Source: Macrostomum lignano
Taxonomy: Eukaryota
Assembly (NCBI GenBank): GCA_002269645.1
Contig: NIVC01001985.1
Span: 36,517 to 100,516 of the forward strand
Direction of reading: 5' to 3'
Length of the DNA stretch: 64,000 nucleotides
How positions within the stretch are numbered: the first letter of the stretch is position 1; every line of letters starts with the position of its first letter. Shown in pieces: positions 36,074 through 48,512 of this stretch. The translations under genes were made by a program, and so were the position numbers. The notes under the pieces were generated by a model that was given only the letters and a program-made list of their open reading frames with translations, did no database searches and was not told the origin of the DNA.

Positions 36074-39000
36074 ATGGAGGACACAGAGCTCTACCGCCTC
36101 ATCTGCAATCCCAGCCGGGCGAACTATGCGCGAGCCCTCAGCCTGCTTGACGAGCTCGAGCTCACCGAGGTTCGGCGTCGATCCACCGATCAGCAGAACA
36201 GCTACCTGCACTTGGTGGTGCTAAATCTAAAGGCTCTGGCCGGCAGGTGCGGCGGCGACGTCCGGCCGGCGGTGCCGCTGCTGTACAAGCTGGCACTTCG
36301 TGGCTGCGACGTGAACGCGCAGAATCGAGTGGGCAACACGGCGCTGCACACCGCCTGCTTCAGGCCGCTGGGCGACCGGCTGGTGCAACACCTGATCCGA
36401 CTGGGTGCGCGCCAGTTATTGCAGTTTTCTTATCTATCTCTTTGAACGATTGGTTCTGACTGCTTTACTGCTTAATATGCCTGTTTTCATGTCTGTAAAA
36501 GGATTTCAGGTTTAGATAAAGTCTGTAAGAGTCTGTTAGATATAGGTAAAGTCTGTAAGAGCCTGTTAGATATAGGTAAAGTCTGTCAGAGTCTGTTATG
36601 TTAGATTTAGATAAAGTCTAAGAGTCTGTTAGATATAGGTAAAGTCTGTAAGAGTCTGTTAGATATAGGTAAAGTCTGTAAGAGTCTGTTAGATATAGGT
36701 AAAGTCTGTAAGAGTTTGTTAGATATAGGCAAAGTCTAAGAGTCTGTTAGATATAGGTAAAGTCTGTAAGAGTTTGTTAAATATATAGGCAAAGTCTAAG
36801 AGTCTGTAAGACACTCGTGAAGTCTGGTAGAGCCTGTGGGATATATGAAAGTAAATATTAGAATCGGTGGTACTCATCTGAGTACACGTTTAAGTCTGTA
36901 TGAATCCATTACGCGGCATCAATGCAGTCCGTACAAGTCCGTTAGCTACTCGTAACGTTTGCAAAAGTCAATTAAATGCGCACGAAGTCAAAGGCTGAAA
37001 GAGTGCATCCGAAAAACCTCCAACCAATCAGGCATCGACCCGGGCATCACGAACGAGATGAACTCGCGGGTCATCCACGACAACGCTCAGCACAAGGCCT
37101 GGCTGGTGCGAGGTCAGAAAGGTGCAAAGTGCAGCCTGTGGAGCGCAGGTGAGTGACGTCACCGGAAGAGACGCTGATCGAGCCGCATCATTATTCCGCA
37201 ATAAATAAGTGAATTCCTATAAAAATTTAATTTTAATATTGATCAAGAGCAGAATAACGACTTTAAATTCAAACAGCACATTTAAACATGTATTTTATAA
37301 GTCCAAAACACTGAAATTAATCCTAAAAAACTTTTATTCAAGTCTGCGACGGCATCTGGTATGCAGGTAAAAATGGTGTAATTTATTGTTGATTTGCAAA
37401 ACTGATCACAGGAAAATTTATATTGAACTCTTCGACTGACGTTTGTTTGACTCTATTTCATTGTATTGTTTGTTTTTTCATTTCTGTCTTTTCGTTTCTG
37501 TGCTCACACACTGTCTGTCACCGAACCGCATGCCCCACTGAAAGGAAGGTTGCTCATTATTTATGCTAATCATGCACGCAGCTTTTCGAATCTGGCAGTC
37601 ACCACCACTCACGGTCGCGAGCGCGCACAGTTTTTTCCTTTCGGGTTTCTGTCACGTGATCGAATTCTCGCATTTTCAGCTCAGGATTACAGGCTCATTA
37701 ATTACAGAAAAAACCTGTGTTCTGCATTTTTGAATGCTATAAATATAGCTTTATTTGACTTAATTTTGTTTGAATGCTCTCAAAAAGATCTTCTAGTCTC
37801 AAAATCGGTTTTAACTTATCTACCTAAATTATACGGGTAGTTTTATCTGTAGAAACATGTACTTTCATATCGGACAGAGGTGCATTTCAAGCTAGTAATT
37901 TACTTTACTTAGGACATCAATTACAGCTTCTATCTATCACTCGCATGCTTGTAAAATAAACAATCAATAGTTGCTCGAGAGGACAAAGAGTTAATGATTC
38001 GCTACCTGACGTCCTGGGTTCGAACCGAGTGTCGACGACGACGCAAGACCCTGATGGATTTGGCTTTCGAGACGGGAAACTACGAGATTGTTGAGCTGTT
38101 GAAAAAGTACACCAGCACTAATGAGCTGGTCTGCGCTGCGCTCGCCTGCGACGTCAAGCGGGTGAAGCAGATGCTGGCTCTGAAGTCCGGTGAGATGGGG
38201 CGCTCGTTGTAGCAACCTGGATACAGGGCGTTGCATTCAGGTTCATGAGTTAAATACCCTATTTCAATTAGCTATACAGCTCATGAGTTCAAGCAGTACT
38301 TTAGTCCAGAGTTCTGAAAAAAGGGACAGCCACTGCAGGGTGGGGTCTAGCTGTTCTCAAAGAGGAACAGCCACTGCAGGGTAGGGTCTAGTTGTTCTCA
38401 AAGAGGAACAGCCACTGCAGGGTAGGGTCTAGCTGTTCTCAAAGAGGAACAGCCACTGCAGGGTAGGGTCTAGCTGTTCTCAAAGAGGAACAGCCACTGC
38501 AGGGTAGGGTCTAGTTGTTCTCAAAGAGGAACAGCCACTGCAGGGTAGGGTCTAGTTGTTCTCAAAGAAGAACAGCCACTGCAGGGTAGGGTCTAGTTGT
38601 TCTCAAGGAAGAACAGCCACTGCAGGGTGGGGTCTACGCTCGTAGTTGTTCTCAAAGAGGAACAGCCACTGCAGGGTAGGGTCTAGTTGTTCTCAAAGAG
38701 GAACAGCCACTGCAGGGTAGGGTCTAGTTGTTCTCAAAGAAGAACAGCCACTGCAGGGTAGGGTCTAGTTGTTCTCAAAGAGGAACAGCCACTACAATCT
38801 CTAGGCGCTCCCAAAGGAAAACAAATATTACAGGATCTACGGGTTGTTAAGGGGATGGCAGCTCACTGCAAAGCTTGAACAAATTTAACCGTCCCGCTTC
38901 GCCAGACAAGCCGAATCTGCGCACTAAGGATACGTCGCAGAAGGTGCCGAAGCCTCTGCTAGCCGAGGTGAAGACCCTGTCTGGCATAGCCGAGGCTGAC

Positions 39001-41909
39001 AAAGTCTATCAGCTGCTCAAAGCGGCCGGTGCGATAGGCGAGGAAGAATACTTCGGTGAGTTCTGAAGTTCAAAGGCAACAGAAATAAAAGGGAATATGT
39101 TGATGTTAAGTATCTTCATCAGAAATATAATTTATCTGCTTTGTGCTTCATACCGACGCAGAGCAACTGGAGAGCAGCAAGAATGCCTTTCGATCCGCCA
39201 AATTTGTGGCCCTGGTGGAAGAAATGTCGGCCGACAGTCTGGAGGACGCCTGGCAGCAGTTGCACAATCACCGGGTGGATCTTGACTGCACGGACCCTGA
39301 GACTGGCGGCACCTATTTGCACTTCTTGGTGCAGCAGTGAGTCATATTTTTACAAGCTAGCTATTTTCAATTCAAGCCAGCTAAGTTCTATGCTTGTTGC
39401 TCCATTCCCTAATTGTTCCTAGCTACCTGGCAACGGAAGAGCTACAGCTGAAGCGCCTACTCATTCGCCTGATGTACAAGACCGCTCTCGAAGGTGTCGA
39501 TGTTCACGCTCGCAACAACAAAGGCGAGACGGTTCTTCTGGCAGCCTACAGTCAGCCGCCGGACCGCATCCTACTCGACCATCTTATCTGCCTGGGCGTG
39601 GACGCTTCGGTGCGCTCCAACAGCGGTCACGTGATCATGCAGAACACCTACGCCACCCGGGGCGACCTGGTACGCCAGCGCCGACACACCCGACGCCTGC
39701 TGCCGGGTCTGCACGTGGCAGTTGAAGACGGCGACTTGGAGCGGGTGCGCCACTGGCTTGGCTGCCTGTGCCGCGTCAACGTCTCCAAGAACGGGCGCAG
39801 CCTGGCCGAACTGGCGCGCGACATTGGCGACGAAGCCATCCAGCAGCATCTGGAGGACAGCCTGCACGGCTGCGAATTCGCGGCCGCGTCCATTGCCGGC
39901 GACCTGGATCGAATGAAGCACCACATTGCTATGGGCGCAGGAGAAAAGAAGGTCAACGCCTGCTACCGGTAGGTTGCATCTACTACATGTACTTGCAATG
40001 GCAGTCAAGGGGGTCGCATCTACTCATATAATGGTATAAGCTCAATAAGTTATGCGCTGATAATTCTTAAAGCATGATTTACTCTTGTAACACTCAAGAA
40101 CACAACATGTGGTGTAAAGTTCTTTGAAAGGCCCCTGTCGTCACTATTCCAGCTATTACTTTGCTGGCTTCACGGACGACTGGCGAGCCGAATTCGTGCC
40201 CCGCCCGCTCATAGCTAGCGTGATGGAGTACGGCTCTGCCAAGATTGCCAGTTTCCTGCTGCAGTTCGGCGCCCGGCTTGACGTCCAGTACGAGGAGTGC
40301 GCGCCGTGCGGACCCGTCGCCTTCTGGGCATTCAGAGACGACATCGCTAGCGACGTCACTGAAGCGATCGCGGCTCACGTGGACGTCCGACTGCGCGACG
40401 AGCTTGGCCGGACCATTCTGCACGCGGCCGTGATGAAGGACGATAATCCGGCTGCAAAGTGCCGGGTGGTTGAGCAGCTGCTCTCCCGCGGTGCCAATGT
40501 GGCCGCTCGGGACATGCGCGGTTGGACGCCTCGCGACTACTGCACCAAGGGAGGCGTCGTTGGAGGCTCCCGTCTCGGCCAGATCATCGATGACTTCGTC
40601 CTGAATCTGTCCTACGTGGGCGACATTGACGCCATCGAGCAGCTGATCATCGACGGCTACAATCACATCAACGACATTCGAGGCACGTCGCGAAACAAGA
40701 CCGCAAAAGAATTGGCCACGCTGCGGTACTACAAGGAGCTGCTTGAGCTGCTGGATGAGGAGCCCAAGTACCACGAGGAAATCGAGCTAATCCATACGGC
40801 CGTCATCAACGACGATCGCAAGGGCTTCGTCAAGTTCGCCAATGAGAAACGTGTGCCTCTCGGCGTTGACAGGCGTGGCAGGAATCTTCTCCACATGGCC
40901 GTGCTAATGGAGAACCACGACATGGTGGCGGCCATCTGCGAGCAGTTCCCCCAGATGATCTACAAAGGCGACAACCTGCTGAGGACGCCTGTGCACTACG
41001 CTGTCTGCATCCGCGATCAGCGCGCCACTCTATCTGTGATCTCAACTTCCAACAGCGTCGACATGTCAGCAAAAGATGCTGTAAGTAGTAGCGAATGGGA
41101 AATAATTTTAGATTCAAAATATAGTAATTTAGATCCATCATAGAAGGTGTGCTATCCAGTTAGGGGCTTGTAGCCTGGTGGTCAGAGCGTCGGACTCACG
41201 AATTGAAGGTCGGGGGTTCGATTCTCGACCAAACTCGGAACAGTTTGTGTCCTTGAGCAAGAAAGACACTTAACTCTGCATTGCTTCAGTCCACTCAGTT
41301 GTAAAATGGGTGCCAGCCTTGGACTGAACCCCCCCCCCAGGCCTTGGACTGAACCCCCCCCCCAGGCCTTGGACTGAACAGCCCAGGATAGCTGAATAGC
41401 TGCGGCAGATTTTATTATTATCCAAATCCTATTGGAATAATAATCGCATAAAATTTTCCTTCAACGACATTCAGTGTTAGTTGGCTGCATATGCTTCACA
41501 AACCTCGAGAAATTGTGGAATATTTACTTGAAAAGCATTTCTATCAATGCCTAAATTCACCAGAACAACCTGAGCGTGCTGGAATACATTGATCAGCTAG
41601 ACAGGCCCACGCCAACAAAGCTGAAAACTCGAGGCAGACGAACGCATGACTACAGGGTGAGGACAGATCGATTCAAGTTCATTTAAAAAAAAATTCTCTG
41701 TGATTACACAGATTAGTCACCCGTAATCCCAGGTCGGCGATCTGCTTGAGACTGAGCGCAACGAGACGCCTCAGTACTTAGCCAGGCTGGCGGCCGAGGC
41801 CGAAGCCAGGGCAGAAGCGGAAGAAGCGAGCGCGGACCGGCTTGGTGCCGAGGCAGTGGATCCGGGCTCTCCTCGCCAGCTGCGTGAGGCCATCGACTCT
41901 GCCGCCTGA
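36074..41909 (+). CDS. Ankyrin-repeat protein, 9 exons, 911 aa, with a tandemly duplicated N-terminal module
   Basis: Exons 36074-36404, 37032-37148, 37971-38189, 38906-39055, 39162-39336, 39423-39968, 40153-41080, 41564-41656, 41733-41909. All GT-AG and phase-compatible; total 2736 nt. Ankyrin motifs include DVNAQNRVGNTALHTAC, DVHARNNKGETVLLAA, DELGRTILHAAV, RDMRGWTPRDY, DRRGRNLLHMAV and DNLLRTPVHYAV. Confidence 0.85.
36490..36840. repeat. 30-bp minisatellite (TTAGATATAGGTAAAGTCTGTAAGAGTCTG) in ankyrin gene intron 1
   Basis: TTAGA recurs at 36536, 36566 and onward. Confidence 0.9.
38328..38795. repeat. 41-bp minisatellite in ankyrin gene intron 3
   Basis: CAGCCACTGCAGGGTAGGGTCTAGTTGTTCTCAAAGAGGAA, about 11 copies. 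Confidence 0.93.
41161..41420 (+). mobile_element. tRNA-derived SINE with CORE-like domain (copy 2, ankyrin gene intron 7)
   Basis: TAGCCTGGTG (A box), GGTTCGATTC (B box), TGTGTCCTTGAGCAAG..ACACTTAACTCTGCATTGCTTCAG..GTAAAATGGGTGCCAGC shared with copy 1. GCCTTGGACTGAAC is triplicated around poly-C, and the end AATAGCTGCGGC is shared. Confidence 0.85.
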
Positions 41910-42128
41910 AGTGAAGGTTGATCCAGCGTTTTTTGTTCGAAAGTTCCGACTGATGCTTATCTTTTTTACAGAAATCTATTTTCATTTTGATACTTTCCAG
42001 TTATTTTGTAACTCCCGCGTCGCTTCTCACAATTTTTCACAACAATTTTACTGTTTGTTTTTTGTCGCTTCGCACCCTACGATGGTAGCAGTCGCTCTTA
42101 ATTATTTGTTTATCATTTGCAGTTAAGG

Positions 42129-42334
42129 CAGGGGTCCTCAAAATCCAGCCCGCGAAGCCTCTCTATTCGACACGCGGGTCCTCTGAAACTTCACAATAGC
42201 AATCCGCCCCCCCGCTTAAGGTTTGTGTCTCTTCTTTTTCTCCTCTCCTCCTCACTCCCCTCCCCTCATCTCTCCTGTCTCACGTGCTAGATTTTATTTC
42301 TGGTCCTTACGTTAAAAAGGTTTGCCGACCCCTG
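42129..42334. mobile_element. hAT (Charlie-like) MITE
   Basis: Left CAGGGGTCCTCAAA, right (reverse complement) CAGGGGTCGGCAAA. Flanks AGTTAAGG and AATTAAAG form a 6/8 degenerate TSD. Confidence 0.7.
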
Positions 42335-43191
42335 AATTAAAGACTTGTTCAGATTTCTTGGGAGAATTTATTTGGGAGAATTTGGGAGATTAACAAATTT
42401 TCAGACGATCGAAACCATAATTATTATAAAAGCAGCCTGAAGTCCCAGTTTCAGTTGCAAAGCGCAATATCTACCTAAACCGAACTCTAATAGCCAGGTT
42501 GTAAGGAAAACGTTTTTTAAAAATGACTCAAACCCTGTTTTTCAGAAATTCGCAAACTTCGGATTGAAAATCGTTTGCAAAAGTTAAACAAATAATTATC
42601 CGCCCCTGCTAGCTATAGAAATATGAGAAACTGATGCCTGTGACACTAATTTGAGTCATAATCTTTGGGAATATTTTTAATAAGCCGCCTATTTTCAAAT
42701 AAACAAAATATTGGCAGAAAAAGTGCACTTTTTTAACAATAAAATTGACGAAACTGTAACGTGTCCGATATCAGAAAGGTATATTTAACTTTATTCTTCT
42801 TTTATTAATTACTTCATAGCAAATTAAATAGCTAGCGCTGGTGTTGCCAATACTCATGGCTCTGAATTGGTTATAGAAAGCCAAGTTTGATTTTACAGCT
42901 TCATCCCGACTAAACTGGTCAGTAGACATGAAAATTCCAGGAATTCTAGGATCGCACCAGCTTAATTATTATCTTCATCAACTATAATCAGTTAAATAGT
43001 CACTGGATTTAGGTAGCTTAATAACTTTTTTCACTGTTAATATCGTCAAACAGCAGCTCAAATTGAAAGAATTTCATCGGTAACGCTTCAGCCTTCAGTT
43101 CACAGTTTTTGTTTAACAAAGGTCGCTGTATTTTTCGGAGAGCGATAGAAGTGGGGGATTCGATCTCTAAGACAGACGCAGGATTGCCTAT

Positions 43192-43818
43192 TTATCCCTG
43201 CTGGAACGGCCAGACGTGGATGCGATCGCAGAACAGGCCGTAGGCGACGCACATTCGCACCTTCATCGGGAAAAGCAGATCGTCCTGCCGCTTATCAAAA
43301 AATCCTCGCTTTTTAAAGTAGTCGCGCTTGTTGATGAAGCCGCGCTTGTTGATGAAGCCGCGCTTGTTGATGAAGCCGCGCTTGTTGATGAAGCCGCGCT
43401 TGTTGATAAAGCCGCGCTTGTTGATTAAGCCGCGCTTGTTAATAAAGCCGCGCTTGTTGATGAAGCCGCGCTTGTTGATGAAGCCGCGCTTGTTGATAAA
43501 GCCGCGCTTGTTGATGAAGCCGCGCTTGTTGATAAAGCCGCGCTTGTTGATAAAGCCGCGCTTGTTAATAAAGCCGCGCTTGTTGATGAAGCCGCGCTTG
43601 TTGATGAAGCCGCGCTTGTTGATAAAGCCGCGCTTGTTGATAAAGCCGCGCTTATTAAAGTCGAGCTCCGTATCAACGCCTGCCTGCTCCTCCCAGTCAT
43701 GCAAGTTTGGCGACGCTGCCGGCATTGTTGTCCCCGATGCTTCCCTGCAGAGAATGGCACAGGCGGCAATGGTCGCCACTGCAATCAGCCAAGTTAGACG
43801 AACCAGCTGGGCAGTCAT
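43192..43818 (-). CDS. Achatin-like neuropeptide precursor (17x GFIN, 1x GLIN, 1x GFFD, KR-flanked), 208 aa
   Basis: Signal peptide MTAQLVRLTWLIAVATIAACAILCREASG, acidic spacer, 18 tandem G(F/L)IN-KR units, then DYFK-KR, GFFD-KR and a C-terminal Q...C-x6-C...QQG peptide. Repeat variation falls at third codon positions (TTC/TTT, ATC/ATT; one TTA giving Leu). A 5'UTR GT-AG intron lies at 43902-43825. Confidence 0.88.
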   Translation of the reverse strand: MTAQLVRLTWLIAVATIAACAILCREASGTTMPAASPNLHDWEEQAGVDTELDFNKRGFINKRGFINKRGFINKRGFINKRGFINKRGFINKRGFINKRGFINKRGFINKRGFINKRGFINKRGFINKRGLINKRGFINKRGFINKRGFINKRGFINKRGFINKRDYFKKRGFFDKRQDDLLFPMKVRMCVAYGLFCDRIHVWPFQQG

Positions 43819-46800
43819 GTCTCACTGTGGGAGGGACGAGTTTCACTGTGTGAATGGGCTTCATGCAGAAAGCAGTGCGGCAGAAGCTACAGTAGGACTC
43901 ACCTTCTGTCTTCAAGGGTGGCTGAGATGCTTTTTCCTACAGGTTTCCGAATGCGGCGCGAAGAATCTCTGGCGGTAGTCGGACGCTAGCCGAATATAAA
44001 CACAAATCCGCTGCCTCTGCCTCCCGGTTCTGACTGGATAAAGTTGATTAAATCAGATTATTCAACAGATTTGAATTTTTTCATTTTATTAAACTCATGC
44101 CAGATGAGGCCACAAGTTTAGCAGTCTGCTGCTAGACAGACTCAGTAATCTTTGGAAATCAAACATTTCAATTTTAGCCCCTTGTTTATCTCAGCCTCGA
44201 CTGAGGTTCAAACTGCATTAAAAATAGGAGATGCCTGGAGACTAATTTAATCCCGAACGTCAATTTCGAATGGCATAATTGAATTCTATTTCAAGACTGC
44301 GTGCGTGACGTCTTTTTGAGAGATTTAAAAGCATAAAAATGGATATGGGAACTGCGTCAAGACTGGCCCTGCTATTTTGATCAGCTAAACGTTAACTAAA
44401 CTTAGCGAGCCACAAAGCAGCAGAGATAAGTTACCGTTCAACCTGAAAGCTTGCAGGTAACATGCAAAATGCATTTTTTTTATCAAAATCGCACTATGAC
44501 AGTGTGCATGCAGATGCTAATGTACAGACCAACTCTATACTTGTGCTTTGTAGAGCACTGGGCTAGCTGCTATGTACAAGATAGTCTATTGGTAAGCCTT
44601 GGACATGTAGAGTACAGTTTTTTTGCATAGAAAATAAGCATACGCTCGTAGTCGTAGCTTTTTCTGTAAAACAAAACACTATTCAAGGCCAAAGCTGTAA
44701 GAAAGCACTTCAAACTATCAAAATATTGATTTGACAGTGGATTTATAACATACGACTGGCCTTTGAGACGCTAAAAAAGTAAGTATTGTCGTATTTTACA
44801 TTGCACTCGCATTTACGTACATGTATATAATGTTAAAATTTCAACAACTAATTATATACTGTATCTACTTGACAGACAGTCTCAGAATACACGTATGTAT
44901 ATTATTTATGCAACAAACTTTCCGGAATCCGGAAGTATATTTTCTACCCTTCAAAATTCGGCCTTCTAAAACTTAAAGGCACATGTTACTAAACATAGCA
45001 AAAACGATAGAATTAGATAATGCTTGTGTTTTCAATTTCACAAATTAGGTAGGAGATGCTGATTGCGCATGAGTGAGTAGCTACAGCCTTCATGACACCA
45101 TTTACTCGTACTAATTAGTTCAAGACAAGTAAGTGCCTCTCAACTGCTTCAATTCCATTAATCTGTAGCACAGCTCCACTGCTGCAATGCAATGGACTTT
45201 CGATCATAGTTGACACTATAGTTGTATAGCAAATGTAACAGTATATAACATCAAATCGCGCTCACTCACAGAAGTATAGTATAGCTGAAAAGAGTTGCGA
45301 GAAGAGTCAATGGCTCCTTTTGCTTGCCCGAGTGGCTCCACTTTCTACCAACTCAATCGGTAAAGTGGTTTTTGTCAATGGTGCAAACTCTCCGCTTGAA
45401 TGTCTGCCCCACGCCAGAGGCCGAGGTCGAGCGCTAGTGGATATATGTCAGGTGCAGTCTTGCTTTTTAGTTTATGGTATAAACCCCAAATTCGCAGCCT
45501 GTCCTGTGCGACTAAATCAATCAGCCATGGGTTGGAGTTTGTGTCACAGACGCTTTTCAGTATAGTAATGTCTATGGCTGAAACCTCAAGTTTTCCATAC
45601 CCTTGGCTGACTGGCAGCACTGAGTATTAAGCTTCATTTCCAGCTTAGGCAGTTTTAATTGATTTTAATCTTAAAATGTGCATGTACATTTTCGTTGGGA
45701 TGGTAAAGATTTTGGCAGAGCGTCTCGCTCTGTACACCGCCGGATGCGATGGTCATCAGAGCCGCGGCAGACATGCGGACCATCGCCATGCAGAATGAGT
45801 TACACTCACTTGGAGGCCACCGCTGATTTAGATGGTTGGGCAGCAAATGCCTGTGGACGCTGCTTACACTTTACCGGTGAGTGTCCGACTGAGTGCATGT
45901 AAGCCAGTCCAGCAGGCATGCACGAGCCCTGCTAAAGCTTCTCTGTGCCCGTATACTCACCCACGCACAGGTAACGCAGCGCAATCTGAATGGGCTGACG
46001 ATGGAAGCTAGTCACATTCCCGCCCCATTGGCCGCGGGCATCTCAGCAGTAGGATCAGCTTGTTCAGCTGCAGCAGCGGAGGAGGAGCAGTCGGCGACTT
46101 CGCAGCAGCTTCCAAAAACAATTGAAGAGAGCTTAGAGAGTCTGAGCATCATCTGGTTGGCTCTTTGGAGTCACACACAGAAAAATTCTGTGCCTTGCCC
46201 ATCGCTTTCACAAGCATTGCCGCACCCTTCGGCTTGTGCTGGAGGGGTCTGGCGCCAGCTGCATCAGAACAGCAGACGAGTAGCGTCGAGTCCGATGACG
46301 ACGACAATGGCGGCGACGGCTGCGGCAGTGGCAGAAAGGGATGGAACCAGTCCACGCTGGCTACAAGGGTGCATAGCAAACTAATTGAGTATATTGACCG
46401 CAAGTCAGAGCGCGGGATCCATGCGGGGCGGCGACTGGTCGGCCTAGGGCGCTATGAACTGCTTAACAATAGCCATGCGCAGTCTCGGGATCGCGACGCT
46501 GTACGATTTGACAGATGGACAACGCCAACGTCAGGCCATGATTGCTGCCCTTCGTGGTCAGCTGGTGACTCCGCGCACCGCTGCCAGGCGACCTCCAATT
46601 TGCCTTTTAAGCGGAGTACATGCTGGACAAGGCTGCCCGCCAGCGAGCCTACGAGAAGCGACACTTCACGACGCCGAACGCCGATCGTTAGGGATGCATT
46701 GTGAGGCCGGCTTTCTGCGACATGCTGCTGGATGCCGCTGGTGGTCGGGCAGACAGGGTTCCGGCCTGACGCGATCAGGCGCGGTAATAACGATGGGAGC

Positions 46801-47809
46801 AGCAGTATTGATTGAATTGGCCTTCATCAATTCCACTTTGACGACCCCATCGTCCGTCGCCGCATCGCTGGGGATGGGGTTCCCGCCTCTGGTGGCAGTG
46901 ACGCTGCCGTCGCCAAAGTCGCATTTCAGCCTGCCCATCCGGGAGGTGCCTCACAAAAAGACAGGCACCATTGAATGCGCCAGCCTGACCTTACCAAATC
47001 GACTGTGCTCCGATATCGCCGCGTTTCGTGACATTTTTTTGTTATAAGATAAAAAAGCGTAGTCGCGTCCCACGTGCTGCTGCGGAGGCAAGGCTTTTTT
47101 GACCCGGTCGGGTGAGGCATTTAGTCGGCTGGTGTCCGAGGGTGGGCAACGGATCACCCGACGCAGCTTGTGCACCCAGTACGTGGCAAACAATCCTGAG
47201 GATGTCGGTTTGTTCGCGAAGACAATGCCTGTTGGCGTCCATCTCCAGCCGAAATCCTACATACTGGGCGGCAAGTCTGCAATTCAACTGCAAGATTCTA
47301 CGATCAGCGGCATCATCAGATCCAACGGAAGGCGCCTACGGCAAAGAAGGCGTTTGTGTATGAACTAACATATGCTATGTACTAATAAAGCTAGCTGGAT
47401 AGATGAATTAGGCTTTGATGAGTCTTGAACTTTAAAAGTACACATTCGTATGGTGCGGGCACAACGCTTGATCTACGAGCTATGTAGTTTCTTGCTGATT
47501 CATATAATCAAAATTGGCTATCTCTTATATTTAGTATGATGCGCGCACCATCATCGACTTAAATGTACTTCGTACTCCCGGCGGGAAATGATTGTCCTAG
47601 CAAAATCTGCAATTCTGCCAACTGTACTACCCCAGTTATGCCAATTAGCACATTTTAATTGTCCTCAGCTGTCCTTTTCGGCACATTTGGCACAGTTATG
47701 ACACAATTAGGTAAATCAGCAGAACGACAATGTTCTATGGGGGGCATTTACGCTCGTAAGAGTGTGCGCACTAGCGTATATCCGCTTGGATATGCTAAAC
47801 CTTCAGCTA

Positions 47810-48254
47810 CAATGGCTACGCAACAACACGATCAACGTCACCTCATTCGCGCATATTTACTGTGAGCAACGCTGCCGTGCCTGGTTCGCGCAGTTCAATA
47901 AGGAAAGACACTGCAGAAGCTGCTCGGCTGGGCTGGGAAGTCATGCCCCGCCCTCCATACTTGCGCCTGATCTTGCGCCATCAGACTACCACTTGCACCT
48001 GTTCCGCTCTATGCAGAACCACATAAATGGCGTGACGTTAAAAGACGAGGAGGTGAAAGCCTGGCTCGAGCAATACTTCAAATTGCTGCCACTTGAATTA
48101 TCAAGAAGGGAATTCACGATCTCATCGCCAGATGGCAACAGGTCATTGATCAGGATCGTGATTATATCCTGGAATAGAAACTGTTATGAGATTGGAAAAA
48201 TGAATTCAAAGTTGAGTAAAAAAACGCTCGAAACTCTTGTTACAACCAAATAAT
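47810..48254 (+). mobile_element. Internally deleted, frameshifted mariner (Tc1/mariner) transposon relic
   Basis: Fragments in changing frames: MATQQHDQRHLIRAYLL (N-terminus), CEQRCRAWFAQF (HTH region), LGWEVMPRPPY.PDLAPSDYHL.FRSMQNH (YSPDLAPxD catalytic motif), GIHDLIARWQQVIDQDRDY* (C-terminus). Right TIR-like AAACTCTTGTTACAACCAAATAATA. No matching left TIR found. Confidence 0.88.
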
Positions 48255-48512
48255 ATATATAGTAATCTATAGAGTAATCTACCAGTCGTCTACGGGTAAA
48301 ATTCAGGGGTTTCTTTGTCTGGCTCTATTTTCTCTATTTTCTGGATTCTTGATTTTTAACTGGCTTATTCTCCCTTGTATGGGGCTGAGCGGGAACAGCA
48401 GCGGCTATGTCTATGGGAAAGTGGCTGGCGGTTAAAAATCTCTGATGAATTCAATAAAAAATGCTGTACAACCGCCTGAATCTCCGCAGCAGAACTCTGG
48501 CGGTCTGCATCG

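Noticed and set aside
38852-40120. Alternative ankyrin-gene acceptors at 38852 and 40120
   Set aside because: Phase-compatible but purine-rich; acceptors at 38906 and 40153 have proper pyrimidine tracts with CAG and give better ankyrin-like sequence.
43328-43978. Plus-strand ORF (LLMKPR)n opposite the neuropeptide precursor
   Set aside because: Antisense shadow; the variable bases are synonymous only in the minus-strand GFINKR frame.
45375-45620. Possible hAT dimerisation-domain fragment (KTAPDIYPLALDL)
   Set aside because: The expected following motif (IPASSA.ERxFS) is absent; similarity is too weak to call.
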